The translations under genes were made by a program, and so were the position numbers. Below are positions 41,868 to 52,630 of a stretch of DNA of 64,000 bases, piece after piece. The DNA is from Bacteroidota bacterium (GTDB taxonomy: Bacteria > Bacteroidota > Bacteroidia > 2-12-FULL-35-15), in contig JADJHE010000008.1 in the NCBI GenBank assembly GCA_016707685.1, forward strand, positions 31,300-95,299. Reading direction: 5' to 3'. How positions within the stretch are numbered: the first letter of the stretch is position 1; each line of letters begins with the position of its first letter. The notes under the pieces were generated by a model. It did no database searches. It was not told the origin of the DNA and worked only from the letters and a program-made list of their open reading frames with translations.

Positions 41868-42543
41868 ATTGAGAAACTACTTCACCATCGCTTAGTGTAA
41901 TAATACGATCGGTTCGCTCGGCAAAGCTCATATCGTGTGTTACAACCACAATCGATTGATTGTATTTTTCTTTTAATTCTTTAAAAATCTCAAAAACATT
42001 TTCCGAATTTTTTGAATCCAAATTCCCCGTGGGTTCATCCCCAAAAATAATTTTTGGATCATTAATTAAGGCACGAGCAATAGCCACGCGTTGTTGCTGA
42101 CCACCCGAAAGTTTGTTTGCTTTTTTTAATGCTTGATCACGTAGCCCTAATAAATCTAGTTTTTGGTAGGCGCGTTCTCTGATTTCTGCTTCCGAATATT
42201 TTGCAAGCTTTAATGCAGGTAAACAAACATTTTCTAGTACGGTAAATTCTGGAAGTAAATAGTGAAACTGAAAAACAAAACCAATTTTTTCATTTCGGAT
42301 TTCAGCCAAATCGTTTTTTGATTTTAAACTTAAATCATCACCATCAAAAAAGATATGGCCAGTATAGTCGGTATCTAAAGTACTCAGTACATAAAGAAGT
42401 GTAGATTTTCCACTTCCCGAAGAACCAACAATAGCTGCAAATTCTCCTTGTTTAATAGAAACATTGATGTTTTTCAATGCCTGAAATTCAACAGGATCGT
42501 GAAACGATTTACTTAAATTTTTTGTTTCTATTATATTGCCCAT
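41866..42543 (-). CDS. ABC transporter ATP-binding protein of the LolD/MacB/FtsE type
   Basis: Walker A GSSGSGKST, signature LSGGQQQRVAIARAL and Walker B IIFGDEPTGNLD. Confidence 0.9.
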   Translation of the reverse strand: MGNIIETKNLSKSFHDPVEFQALKNINVSIKQGEFAAIVGSSGSGKSTLLYVLSTLDTDYTGHIFFDGDDLSLKSKNDLAEIRNEKIGFVFQFHYLLPEFTVLENVCLPALKLAKYSEAEIRERAYQKLDLLGLRDQALKKANKLSGGQQQRVAIARALINDPKIIFGDEPTGNLDSKNSENVFEIFKELKEKYNQSIVVVTHDMSFAERTDRIITLSDGEVVSQ

Positions 42544-42545
42544 GC

Positions 42546-43808
42546 TTACTTACTTCTAATAATATCAATTGCATCCATTTTGGCTGCTTTACGCGCTGGA
42601 ATATACCCTGCAATACTTGTTGCGACTAATCCAAAAATATAAGCAAACAAATAAAATGCAGGCGATGTGTTGAATCGCAAATATTCCATGGATACAAATC
42701 CTTTGATATCCATTCGGATGCTACCTGCAATTTTTTGCATTAAAAAACCAATGATTAAACCTAGTAATCCACCCAACACACCAATGATTAACGATTCGGT
42801 CAAAAATATTTTTTTGATATCACTGTCTTTGTATCCGATGGCTTTTAAAATAGCAATGTCAGGCATTTTCTCATAAATAATCATCATAAGGATATTAAAA
42901 ATCCCAAATCCAGAAACGATTAGGATAGAGGCAATAATTAAATAAGTAACCATGTTTTGGATTTTGAAAACACTAAACACACTCGCATTTGCTTCTTTCC
43001 AGTCTACTGTTTTAAACCCAAATTTTTGATGATAAAATTTTGCTAACTCTTCGGCTTGATTAAAATCTTTTAATTTGATATTGATGTCGGTAATATAAGA
43101 ACCATCCACTTTTAAGAGTTTTTGTGCGTTGCGAATATTGATGTAGGCTCTGCTTTTATCAACTTCTGTTAAACCACTGTGGTTGATTCCAACAATTTTC
43201 ATTTCTAAAGTAACACCTAGTGGCGAGGTAATAGAAATGTTATCATGCATTTTAGCACCAAGTAAATCTGCAAGTCCATCACCAAGAATAATTCCATTGG
43301 GAATTGTTTGTAGTTTGGTAATATCACCTTGGCGCATGTTTTTAGAAACGTCAAACAAGATGTTTTCTTTGATGATGTCAACACCCGAAACTCTGCCGGC
43401 TATTTGTGCAATACCAACTTTAAAGATGGCTTGTGAACCTAAAAAGGGTGATACACCCGATACGCGAGAATCTTTTTCGAGTGCTGCAATTATTTGATAG
43501 CCATTTTTAACTTTGTTGAGTTCGTCTTTTGGTTTTTGATTTTGAACAACAATCCATTTGCTACTAGCTGTATCGCGTTTTGCTAAAATACTTTTTCTGT
43601 TTTTTTCCGCTTCATTGTAGATGCGAATGTTGGCAGTAGTATTTACTGTTTCATCAATAAAGTATGCTTGAAATCCTGACATTAATCCTGCTTGAAAAAT
43701 AAAAATAGCAATACCAAATGTTACTCCTAACATGGCAACAATTGTTTGCCTTTTTTTAGCAAGCAAATGCGTTAACGCAATTCTTATGACAGGTGTTTTT
43801 TGAATCAT
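42546..43808 (-). CDS. ABC transporter permease, FtsX-like / MacB-LolCE family
   Basis: About 420 aa with an N-terminal TM helix, a large periplasmic loop and three C-terminal TM helices. Confidence 0.8.
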   Translation of the reverse strand: MIQKTPVIRIALTHLLAKKRQTIVAMLGVTFGIAIFIFQAGLMSGFQAYFIDETVNTTANIRIYNEAEKNRKSILAKRDTASSKWIVVQNQKPKDELNKVKNGYQIIAALEKDSRVSGVSPFLGSQAIFKVGIAQIAGRVSGVDIIKENILFDVSKNMRQGDITKLQTIPNGIILGDGLADLLGAKMHDNISITSPLGVTLEMKIVGINHSGLTEVDKSRAYINIRNAQKLLKVDGSYITDINIKLKDFNQAEELAKFYHQKFGFKTVDWKEANASVFSVFKIQNMVTYLIIASILIVSGFGIFNILMMIIYEKMPDIAILKAIGYKDSDIKKIFLTESLIIGVLGGLLGLIIGFLMQKIAGSIRMDIKGFVSMEYLRFNTSPAFYLFAYIFGLVATSIAGYIPARKAAKMDAIDIIRSK

Positions 43809-44896
43809 TAGGGTAAAATAATTTCAGTGTCTTTTGTTATTCCTTCTAATACTTCAATAAATTCAAGGTCTTCGGCACCTTTTTTAATCGTGGTCAATTG
43901 TTCCGAACCGTTAATTTTAACTTTTGTTCCTTCAATTAAATATTCTCTTGGAATCACCAATGCATTTTTTCGTTCAGCAATAATAATATTTGCTTCTACC
44001 GACATGCCTGAATAAATTTCAAATCCTTTTTCTAATTTAATAGAAGAAATAATTTTTGCTGTTTTATTGTTTTGATTGATTCGTGGATACGTTTCAACAA
44101 TAGTACCGTTGAACGCTTGTCCTTTGTAAGCATCAATTTCATAAACAATTTGTTGGTCTCTTTTTAGAAGCGAAACATCTGTTTCGTCTACACTTAATTC
44201 AACTTCAAAATGGCTTCCATCACCAATTTCCATCAATACAATTTGTGTGGTTACCAATTCACCTTCTTTAGGAATGATATCGTATATTTTCCCATTTACA
44301 GCAGAGGTGAGTGTATAATCGTTTTTATTAGACGTTTGTGCTTCATATTGTATTTGCGCATTTTCCAATTCAATTCTTACTTTGTCTCTGGTGTTATTTA
44401 ATGAGCTTAGTGCTTTCAAATAATTTTGTTTAGAAATATCAAATTGAGTTCTGGATTGATCCAATTGCATGGTTGAAGTTGCATTTTGTTTAGACAGTGA
44501 TTCGAAGCGTTTGTAATTAGTTGAATCTAATTCATACTTCGATTTTGCAGAAGCAACATCTTGTTTTAAAGTATTGATTAAACCCGAATTTTCATTCGCA
44601 TTTTTTTGTGCTAAGGACAATAAATTTTTAGCGGTAGTTACATTGAGGTCACTTACTTCACTTTTGATGGTAATAATTGGGTCGCCTACCTTTACGCTAT
44701 CACCCACATGCACGTGAATTTTTTCGACATAACCAGGAAGCTTGCTGTATACTTTGTAATTGTTGATTGGATAAATTTTCCCAGAAGCATAAACTGCTTG
44801 CGTTATATCTTTTTGTTGAGGTGTTGTTGAATTGCTTTCGTTTTTGCAGCTAGCAAAAATCAAAATGCAAGTACCTAAAAAAATGAACTTTTTCAT
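43808..44896 (-). CDS. HlyD-family periplasmic adaptor (membrane fusion protein) lipoprotein
   Basis: Lipoprotein signal FLGTCILIFASC, a coiled-coil middle and biotinyl-like lipoyl motifs (VHVGDSVKVGDPI). Confidence 0.8.
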   Translation of the reverse strand: MKKFIFLGTCILIFASCKNESNSTTPQQKDITQAVYASGKIYPINNYKVYSKLPGYVEKIHVHVGDSVKVGDPIITIKSEVSDLNVTTAKNLLSLAQKNANENSGLINTLKQDVASAKSKYELDSTNYKRFESLSKQNATSTMQLDQSRTQFDISKQNYLKALSSLNNTRDKVRIELENAQIQYEAQTSNKNDYTLTSAVNGKIYDIIPKEGELVTTQIVLMEIGDGSHFEVELSVDETDVSLLKRDQQIVYEIDAYKGQAFNGTIVETYPRINQNNKTAKIISSIKLEKGFEIYSGMSVEANIIIAERKNALVIPREYLIEGTKVKINGSEQLTTIKKGAEDLEFIEVLEGITKDTEIILP

Positions 44897-45247
44897 TTTA
44901 TATTGTTTTTTTGATGACCAATTATTCCTAAATGCGTATCGCTAAAGCTCGTAATGTATTTTAATCCATATCCAAAAACGCGATCCATGCTCGAATGTGC
45001 AAAAAGAATAATACCCGATAATAATAGATATTGATTGTTCATATAAAATCCTAATCCCACAATTATCAAAGCCAATGCTTTATGGTGTACAAAGTTATAA
45101 CAATAAGCACCAATTTGGGTATTTATTAAATAACCAATCATGCTAAATCGGGTAGGAGTAATAACGCTGGAAACCACCACCAATCGAATTGTAGTTGATT
45201 GAAAGCGACTATAGCGATTAAGAACATTACGAGTTCTTCTAGTTGTA
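44893..45247 (-). CDS. small membrane protein (DUF4260-like, tentative). Its N-terminus is frameshifted at an A3/T3 run.
   Basis: My translation of 45184-45247 gives MKQLLQLEELVMFLIAIVAFNQLQFDWWWFPALLLLPD, which then joins ..SMIGYLINTQ.. of the track ORF in another frame. The shift is at 45145-45147. Confidence 0.4.
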
Positions 45248-45260
45248 AAAGTTGTTTCAT

Positions 45261-45663
45261 TTAAGAGTGCTCTATTGTATTAACTAATTTTTGATGTGCT
45301 TTTTTTAAAATGGATTGAAAGATTCCTTTTATAATAAAAGGTGCTTTCACATCTACAACTTCTTTTATGGTGGTCATTTGTCCATCCGAATGCAGCATAA
45401 AATCAAGTGTTAGATGAACACCCTTTTTTAACAGGAGAATACATTTTTACATGTTCGTTTTCCTTGTAATCTAATATATAAACAATGTATTTGAATTTAA
45501 AAGGAATGCCTATAAATTTAATACTCTCATAAAATTTATACTCATTTTTATTTAGTTGCTCTGCTTTGTAAATTACAGGATGATGATCCGCAAATTTCTG
45601 CATGTCCGACAAACATGCATACACTTCGTTGATTGGTTTTTTAATCGTGTAATTTAGAATCAT
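45261..45663 (-). CDS. SRPBCC-like small protein, frameshifted at the T6 run 45424-45429
   Basis: The track ORF (86 aa) ends ..MYSPVKKG. After a -1 shift the frame continues VHLTLDFMLHSDGQMTTIKEVVDVKAPFIIKGIFQSILKKAHQKLVNTIEHS. Confidence 0.4.
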
Positions 45664-45711
45664 TTTAATTGTATAAAAAAAGCGCCCTACAATTGTAGAG
45701 CGCTTTTGGTT

Positions 45712-48700
45712 TTAGTAATCTAGATTTCCGTAATCTAATTTTTTGCCTTTAAGATATAATACCACTCTTAAAATTCCGACAAAGAATGGAATATACATTA
45801 AGGCGTTTGACATGCCAAAGTGTTTCAACACAATCTCTGATTTACGTTTTAAGCGTTCAGACATTAAGTACATTGCAGGAACCAATAATAAGGTTAAGAA
45901 GGTAGCGAATGACAATCCAAATATCATTGTCCATGATAAAGGACCCCAGAATACCACGTTATCACCACCAAAGTATAAGTTCGCATCGCCAGTAGCAAAC
46001 AATGTTTGAAAATCTAAATTCAAACCAACTGCTAATGGAATCAATCCTAAAATGGCAGCCATTGCTGTTAAGATAACTGGTGTCATACGCGTTTTTCCTG
46101 CTTCAACTGTTGCATCCCATAAGCTCATTCCTTCTTTACGCGACATTTCGGCAAACTCGATGAGCAAGATTCCATTTCGTACAACTACACCACCTAAGGC
46201 AATAATACCAACACCTGTCATTACAATACTCATGTCCATTTTGAACAATGCTGTACCAATTAATACCCCAATGATACTAAACAAGATTTCGGACAAGATG
46301 ATTAATGGTTTACCAATAGCATTGAATTGCAATACTAAAATTAAGAGCATCAATGCAACAGAATAACCCAATGCTTTACCTAAGAACGCACCTGTTTCAG
46401 CTTGTTCTTCTTGCTGACCGGTCATTACCGCTTCAATTTTTCCTGTAGGTGTAAATCCTGCAATTGCTTTTTTAACAGTATTAGCAACTTCATTTTCGTT
46501 ATAACCTTGGGTTACATTGGAAGAAATAGTAATCACACGTTTCTGCATTTTACGTTTAATCCCACCATAGGTATTAGTATATTCTACATTACAAAATGCC
46601 GATAGTGGAACACTTCTTAAAATACCTCCCATGTTCATATCGCGGAATGTGATTTTTAAATTGCGCAATGCTTCAATGTTATTACGTTGTTCATATTTGT
46701 AACGTAACTGAATTGGATACTGGTCGTTTTCATCTCGGAACTTACTTACTTCAGCTCCAAATACCGCATTTCTGATTTCTGATGCAATTTGTCCTGTAGA
46801 AATCCCTTCTCTATTTGCACGTTCTCTGTCGATATTAAAAACAATTTCTGGTTTAATAGTTTCAAAATCCGATTTAAGATTTTCTACACCTGAAATTTTT
46901 TGTTGCGTAAGAAATAATTTTAAACGATTTGCATTGTTTACTAATTCATCAAAATTATCGCCTCGAACTTCAATGTTGATTGGTTTAGAAACAGGAGGGC
47001 CAGCTTGTTCTGGCGAAACACTTACTTCGGCTCCTGGAATATTCCAATTTAATTTTTGTAATTGCTCCAAATATTTTGAAGTTGATTGTCCATCACGATC
47101 CTTAAAATCTACGAAAGCAATGGCAATTTTTCCTCTATTAGGATAATCACTTTGATCTTGATCTTTAGGATCGGTTGTTCCTTTTGTAACATTTGTAATA
47201 ACAGATTTTACAATTTTGTTGGAATCACCGATAACACTGTTTACGCGTTGTTCTGCTAATAGCATTACTGTGTTTGTTTTTGCAGGGTCTGTTCCAACTG
47301 GTAATTTAACATACACGTATACAAAGTTTGGATCTCCTTGTGGGAAGAAAACTACTTTTGGACTACGTGCTGCAAAAAACATGAGCGATGCAATAAATAA
47401 TACAACAACACCAAGTAAAGCCAATGCTGGGCGTTTTAAGAAACGTAATAATAACTTTGTGTAACGCGCTTGGAATGCAGGCCAAATTTTAGTTTGGAAC
47501 GCTTCAATAATTTTGTGCAACCAAAAACGGTGCAACACCATAAAGAAAGCAAAGAATATAACCAAGTTTCCAAATGCATGGTGACCACCAATATGAGCAA
47601 TTATTGCTGCCACAATGTACAATACCAATTGTAATTTTGCCAATGGAGTTAATTTTCCATACTTCGCTTTTTCTTCATGATGTGGTTTCATAAAGTCAAC
47701 CGCAAAAACAGGATTAACAATATAGGCAACAATTAATGATGCAAGCAATGTAATGATGAGTGTAATAGGGAGGTAGAACATAAATTTACCAATAATACCA
47801 TTCCAGAAAAGTAAAGGAACGAATGGAGCAAGTGTGGTTAATGTTCCACTCAATACTGGTAAAAACACTTCACCTGCCGCCATTTTAGCTGCGGTAACAA
47901 TGTCACGTTTTCCATTGTCAAAAATACGATGGGTGTTTTCAATAACCACAATTGCATCATCCACCACAATACCCAAGGCGAGTAAGAAGGCGAAGAGTAC
48001 AATCATATTCATGGTATAGCTGAAATCGAATGCCCCACCAATTGCAGGCATTATCCAGAATGCGATGAACATTGATAGAGGTACGGATGCTGCTACAAAC
48101 AAGGCATTTGTTACGCCCATAAAGAACATCAAGATAAAGGTTACTAAAATAAAACCAATAATGATGGTGTTAATCAAATCATGCAATGTACTTCTTGTTT
48201 TTTCTGATTGATCGCCAGTAACAGTAATTTTTAAATCCTTTGGCAATTCATCCGCTTTCATTTTTTCAATCAATGCATATATTTTGTCTGATGCATCAAT
48301 TAAATTTTCACCACTACGTTTGATAATATTTAATGTGATTACATTTTTACCTTCCAATCGTGCGTAGCTTTCTTGTTCTTTATTGCTGTCAATTACTTCG
48401 GCAATGTCTTTTAAATATACTTTTGAGCCAGCTCCAGATGTAACAACTAAGTTCTTAATTTCTTCAACTGTTTTAAATTCCCCTTTTATTGTTAAGTTAC
48501 GCTTCATTCCATCCATTGGAACTAAACCTCCTGACATATTTAAGTTTTCGTATTGAACAGCATTTTGGATATCACGTAAAGAAAAATTAGCTGCTTGTAG
48601 CTTGTACATGTCTACATTGATTTGTATTTCGCGTTCTAAATCACCAACCATTTGTACACGTGAAATTTCTTTCAATGCTTCAATTTTATCTTTTACATCA

Positions 48701-49188
48701 TCACCATATTTTTTCAATTTATTCAAATCCATATTACCAGCAATGTTTACATACATAATCGGTAATTCAGAAAAGCTTACTTCCATTACGTTTGGCTGGC
48801 GTGTAAGATCTTTTGGTAAATCAGTTGCTGCTTTATCTACCGCATCTTTAACTTTTTGTTTTGATTCAGCAACATTCATGTCGGTATTAAACTCAACCAT
48901 AATCACTGAAACATCTTGTAAGGAAGTAGAGTTTAATTTTTTAACTCCTGCAATACCCTTCAATTGTTTTTCGATGGGTTTGGTTACCAAATTTTCGATA
49001 TTGGTAGGCGAGTTTCCAAAGTAAACGGTATTGATATAAATAGTGGGAACCACAATGTCTGGAAAGCTTTCTTTCGGTAAACTTTGGTAGGAAAAAATCC
49101 CTGCAAGTGCAATAAAAGCGGTAAGTATGTAAATACTTATCTTATTATCGATTGCCCAACTCGATGGTTTAAATTCTTTAAATTTCAT
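45712..49188 (-). CDS. RND efflux transporter permease of the AcrB/CzcA family
   Basis: 1158 aa with a 12-TM topology and two large periplasmic loops. It shows the typical HAE1 conservation (..VVDDAIVVIEN..). Confidence 0.9.
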   Translation of the reverse strand: MKFKEFKPSSWAIDNKISIYILTAFIALAGIFSYQSLPKESFPDIVVPTIYINTVYFGNSPTNIENLVTKPIEKQLKGIAGVKKLNSTSLQDVSVIMVEFNTDMNVAESKQKVKDAVDKAATDLPKDLTRQPNVMEVSFSELPIMYVNIAGNMDLNKLKKYGDDVKDKIEALKEISRVQMVGDLEREIQINVDMYKLQAANFSLRDIQNAVQYENLNMSGGLVPMDGMKRNLTIKGEFKTVEEIKNLVVTSGAGSKVYLKDIAEVIDSNKEQESYARLEGKNVITLNIIKRSGENLIDASDKIYALIEKMKADELPKDLKITVTGDQSEKTRSTLHDLINTIIIGFILVTFILMFFMGVTNALFVAASVPLSMFIAFWIMPAIGGAFDFSYTMNMIVLFAFLLALGIVVDDAIVVIENTHRIFDNGKRDIVTAAKMAAGEVFLPVLSGTLTTLAPFVPLLFWNGIIGKFMFYLPITLIITLLASLIVAYIVNPVFAVDFMKPHHEEKAKYGKLTPLAKLQLVLYIVAAIIAHIGGHHAFGNLVIFFAFFMVLHRFWLHKIIEAFQTKIWPAFQARYTKLLLRFLKRPALALLGVVVLFIASLMFFAARSPKVVFFPQGDPNFVYVYVKLPVGTDPAKTNTVMLLAEQRVNSVIGDSNKIVKSVITNVTKGTTDPKDQDQSDYPNRGKIAIAFVDFKDRDGQSTSKYLEQLQKLNWNIPGAEVSVSPEQAGPPVSKPINIEVRGDNFDELVNNANRLKLFLTQQKISGVENLKSDFETIKPEIVFNIDRERANREGISTGQIASEIRNAVFGAEVSKFRDENDQYPIQLRYKYEQRNNIEALRNLKITFRDMNMGGILRSVPLSAFCNVEYTNTYGGIKRKMQKRVITISSNVTQGYNENEVANTVKKAIAGFTPTGKIEAVMTGQQEEQAETGAFLGKALGYSVALMLLILVLQFNAIGKPLIILSEILFSIIGVLIGTALFKMDMSIVMTGVGIIALGGVVVRNGILLIEFAEMSRKEGMSLWDATVEAGKTRMTPVILTAMAAILGLIPLAVGLNLDFQTLFATGDANLYFGGDNVVFWGPLSWTMIFGLSFATFLTLLLVPAMYLMSERLKRKSEIVLKHFGMSNALMYIPFFVGILRVVLYLKGKKLDYGNLDY

Positions 49189-49263
49189 AGTTCTATTTTT
49201 TTACCTACGCATGCAAAAAGCAGGAAGGCGTGTTAACATTTCAGCATTAATAATTATCGAAGT

Positions 49264-50370
49264 TTATTTTTTGTAGGCAATTGCATCGCCTTCATTCACT
49301 ACATCGTATCCAAGTGTAACCAACAAATCGTTTTCATTTAAACCTGCAATTACTTCTACTTTTCCATTGTATTCTTTTCCAAGTGTGATGATGTGTTTTT
49401 TTGCAACACCATTGTCAGCCACATAAACAAAAGATGCATTGTTTTCGTCTTTTTGGATGGTACGTACAGGGATAATAATGATTGGTTGTGCCGACATGTA
49501 ATCATTAACATTTAAACGAGCAACCATGTTTGGGTGATATTCTTTTTTGTTATCCAGCAACACCTCTACTAAAAATGTACGAGATGCAGGGTTGATTGCA
49601 CGAGCAACAAAATTTACTTTTGATATAACTGAATCATTCATGTCAGGGAAGTACACAACTACTTCGCTTCCTTTTTTAATTTTAGAAGCATATGTTTCAG
49701 CAACATCTGCTTTTACTTTTAAATTAGAATAATTAATAACGCGAATTGCTGGCATTCCTGGTGCTGCAGCTTGTCCAATTTTAACATCAACTGCATCAAC
49801 CGTTCCATTAATTGGAGAGATAATTTTTGTCATGCGCAATTGTTCTTGCAATGCCCCCATTTTTTTCTCCATACTTTCTTTGTTAGTTTTTGCTTGTAAA
49901 AATTGAACCTCCGTTCCAATTTTTTGTTCCCAAAGATTTTTTTGTTTTTCATAAATTTGATTTACCAAATCCATGTTGGTTTGTAAATCAGAAACTTGTT
50001 GGTTGATTGCTTTTGCGTCAGTCTCAGCTAACACTTGTCCAGTATGAACTTCATCTCCAACTTTAACATTTATTTTTGTAATGGTGCCTGGAATTTCAGT
50101 GCTTAATGCAACATTTTCGTCAGCATCCACTCTTCCTTGTACATCAATGTAGTTTTTAAATACCGACAATTTTAATTGTTCAACAGCAACCGCAATTCCT
50201 TTTTGAGTGGTATCGCTTGCGCTTAATTCTGCTTCAAGAGCAGCAATTTTTGATTTTATTTCTGCTTCTTGTTTTTTTAAATTATCAAGTTCCACTTGTT
50301 TGTCGCCACCACCCGAATTACACGCGATAATTGAAATTGCAAGGATTGGGATTATAAATAATTTTTTCAT
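49264..50370 (-). CDS. RND efflux periplasmic adaptor (membrane fusion protein) lipoprotein
   Basis: Lipobox IIAC, a coiled coil and lipoyl-like hairpins (VKVGDEVHTGQVLA). Confidence 0.85.
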   Translation of the reverse strand: MKKLFIIPILAISIIACNSGGGDKQVELDNLKKQEAEIKSKIAALEAELSASDTTQKGIAVAVEQLKLSVFKNYIDVQGRVDADENVALSTEIPGTITKINVKVGDEVHTGQVLAETDAKAINQQVSDLQTNMDLVNQIYEKQKNLWEQKIGTEVQFLQAKTNKESMEKKMGALQEQLRMTKIISPINGTVDAVDVKIGQAAAPGMPAIRVINYSNLKVKADVAETYASKIKKGSEVVVYFPDMNDSVISKVNFVARAINPASRTFLVEVLLDNKKEYHPNMVARLNVNDYMSAQPIIIIPVRTIQKDENNASFVYVADNGVAKKHIITLGKEYNGKVEVIAGLNENDLLVTLGYDVVNEGDAIAYKK

Positions 50371-50414
50371 AATATATAGTGTTGTTTGTATTGTTTGGAT
50401 GTTATTTTTATCTA

Positions 50415-51761
50415 TTATTTTAAAGTACCTGTTGCTTTGTCAAAGTCTATTTTTGCTACCAATGCATCAAATAGTGCATTGAAGTAATTTGTTTGCGCTT
50501 CTTTTAAAGCAGTTTCAGCAGTCACCATTTCAAGTGTTGAGCCTACTCCTTGTTCTTGTTTTAACTTTGTTACACGGTATACCTCTTGTGCAGTTTCAAT
50601 ATTTTTCTTTTGAATACTTAAGGTTTGTGAAGTGTTTTTTAATAGGGTTGTAGTAGAAGCTATTTCTAAATCAATAGATTTCTGCATAAAATTCATATTG
50701 TTTTCTGCTTGATCAAGTTTCAATTTAGCTTGTTGTGTTTTGTAGTAGCGTTGTCCACCAGTAAAAATTGGCAATGTAATTTTTGCTCCCACTAGAGCAG
50801 TTGGGTACCAACTTTTCTTTGTATCGAAAATATCGAACTCATTACGTTGTGCTGCACCACTTAAGCTTCCGTATGCAAAAGCTTGAGGTAAGAATGAGAA
50901 TTTGTTTCTTTTCAAATCCAACTGTGCTAAATCGCGTTGTGTTTCAAATAAACTGTATTCAACACGTTTTGTATAATCGAATTTTTCTGCAGAAACTTTT
51001 TCGGTAATATCAAATTTTACATCTTCCAATTTATCTGTAAGTGTTAGGTTGGCATTGATATCCATTCCCATTTGATATTTCAACAAATAAACACCTAGTT
51101 CTAAAAGGCGGTTTACTTTTTCTTGTTCAACCAATAAGTTATTGTATGCAACACTTAAACGATCGTAATCAATTTTTTCTACAAAACCATTGTCTAATAA
51201 AGCTTTTGTATCATCCATTGCTTTTTTAATACGAATAACATTCGCATCCATTAATTTAATACGTTCTTGGTTTACCAAAACAGTATAGTATGCTTTACTT
51301 ACTGTAGCAGATGTTTCAATTTTGGTACGTTGCGTAGCTTTTTGAGAAAGCTCAACAAAAACTTTTGAAGCTTTTAATCCTAAAAAGTAATCACCACTAA
51401 AAATTAACTGACTTGCATCCAATCCAGCTGTTGCTTGGTATTGGGTTCCGAATTTAACAGCAGCATAAGAACCTGGAGGACCTCCAAAAATTTCAGCAGG
51501 AATTAATGATGTTGGAATTTCAACAAAATCTTTCAAGTCGAAACTTGCATTGATTTGTGGTAAGCCCATACCAGTAATTTCTCTAACTTTTGCTTTTGCA
51601 ATTTGTTCGTCAATCATTGCATTTTTGATGTTGTTTTGATTTTGCAATGAAAAATCGATGGCTTGTTGCAATGAAAAGGAATAGCTATTATTATCTTTTG
51701 TTTGTGCAAAAGAGTTTGAAATAAAAGCGAGCAATCCGATTGCTATTATTATTTTTCTCAT
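50415..51761 (-). CDS. TolC-family outer membrane efflux protein
   Basis: Signal peptide and a duplicated OEP repeat structure. Its position in the operon supports the call. Confidence 0.8.
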   Translation of the reverse strand: MRKIIIAIGLLAFISNSFAQTKDNNSYSFSLQQAIDFSLQNQNNIKNAMIDEQIAKAKVREITGMGLPQINASFDLKDFVEIPTSLIPAEIFGGPPGSYAAVKFGTQYQATAGLDASQLIFSGDYFLGLKASKVFVELSQKATQRTKIETSATVSKAYYTVLVNQERIKLMDANVIRIKKAMDDTKALLDNGFVEKIDYDRLSVAYNNLLVEQEKVNRLLELGVYLLKYQMGMDINANLTLTDKLEDVKFDITEKVSAEKFDYTKRVEYSLFETQRDLAQLDLKRNKFSFLPQAFAYGSLSGAAQRNEFDIFDTKKSWYPTALVGAKITLPIFTGGQRYYKTQQAKLKLDQAENNMNFMQKSIDLEIASTTTLLKNTSQTLSIQKKNIETAQEVYRVTKLKQEQGVGSTLEMVTAETALKEAQTNYFNALFDALVAKIDFDKATGTLK

Positions 51762-51774
51762 AATTGTTTGTGTT

Positions 51775-52389
51775 TTATTCTTCCTCTATTAATTGTTTGT
51801 ATTTGTTAATTAGTTTATGTCCTTTTAAAGTACAAATGCCATGTAAAAAATGATCGAGCATACTTAGTTGTATTTCAACAATCTTAAATTTGTCGGGCGG
51901 GAAAACATCTAGATTAAGTCCCATTTCAACTTGTTCGATTCGCATTCGGGAAAGCACTTTTGAATTTATATCTTCACGAACCAATCCCTCCTTTTTACCT
52001 CTTTCGATAGATCGCTCTACCATTTGTGCCATGCAATCATTTTTGAATGCTTTAAAATGGCTCCAAGCTTTTGGATGATATTTTTGTAAATCGTAAAAAA
52101 TATTGGGATTGGTTTTGGAGAACATGACACTAATGTGTTTCATCATGTGCATTACTTCTTCAATCATATTTTCGGCAGCAGCTTGAATTTCTTGAAACTC
52201 GCACTCATCCTGCTGTAATGTTGCTTGCATTAATGTTTCAACAATTTCATTTTTATCAGCGTAAAATTGATAAATCGTCTTTTTGGAAATCGCAAGATGT
52301 TTAGCAATATCATCCATTGTAACACTCTTAATTCCATACTTAAAAAACAGTTCTTCGGCTCCTTTGAGTATACGTTCTTTTGGTTCCAT
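51775..52389 (-). CDS. TetR/AcrR family transcriptional regulator
   Basis: The N-terminal HTH GIKSVTMDDIAKHLAISKKTIYQFYADK. The gene lies upstream of the RND operon. Confidence 0.85.
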   Translation of the reverse strand: MEPKERILKGAEELFFKYGIKSVTMDDIAKHLAISKKTIYQFYADKNEIVETLMQATLQQDECEFQEIQAAAENMIEEVMHMMKHISVMFSKTNPNIFYDLQKYHPKAWSHFKAFKNDCMAQMVERSIERGKKEGLVREDINSKVLSRMRIEQVEMGLNLDVFPPDKFKIVEIQLSMLDHFLHGICTLKGHKLINKYKQLIEEE

Positions 52390-52538
52390 TTTTTGTAGCT
52401 GTTAAATTTCGAGCGCAAAACTATGGAAACATTTTTTATTTCCGAAGTTTCCGGCTTGTTTAATTTGTTCAAAAGAGGTAATTGGCTGTAAATCAACACT
52501 AAAAAATAAACAAAATAAACAAAAAATGTTTCCATGGC
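52381..52538. promoter_or_regulatory. candidate operator and promoter region of the tetR-RND operon, divergent from the T9SS cargo gene
   Basis: A 15-bp perfect inverted repeat: ATGGAAACATTTTTT at 52423-52437 and AAAAAATGTTTCCAT at 52521-52535. A third related copy, TGGTTCCATTTTTT, overlaps the tetR start codon at 52381-52394. Confidence 0.35.
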
Positions 52539-52630
52539 GAAAATAATCCAAGATTTTGCTTTTTCGTTTCGGAAAAAAAGTTTTTGTGGTTTGATAAAAT
52601 GGACTATTTTAGCATGCTTAATTTTAAAAC

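Noticed and set aside
45743-49024. Multiple 60-140 aa plus-strand ORFs inside the RND permease gene
   Set aside because: They are antisense to an 1158-aa AcrB-family CDS and are typical shadow ORFs.
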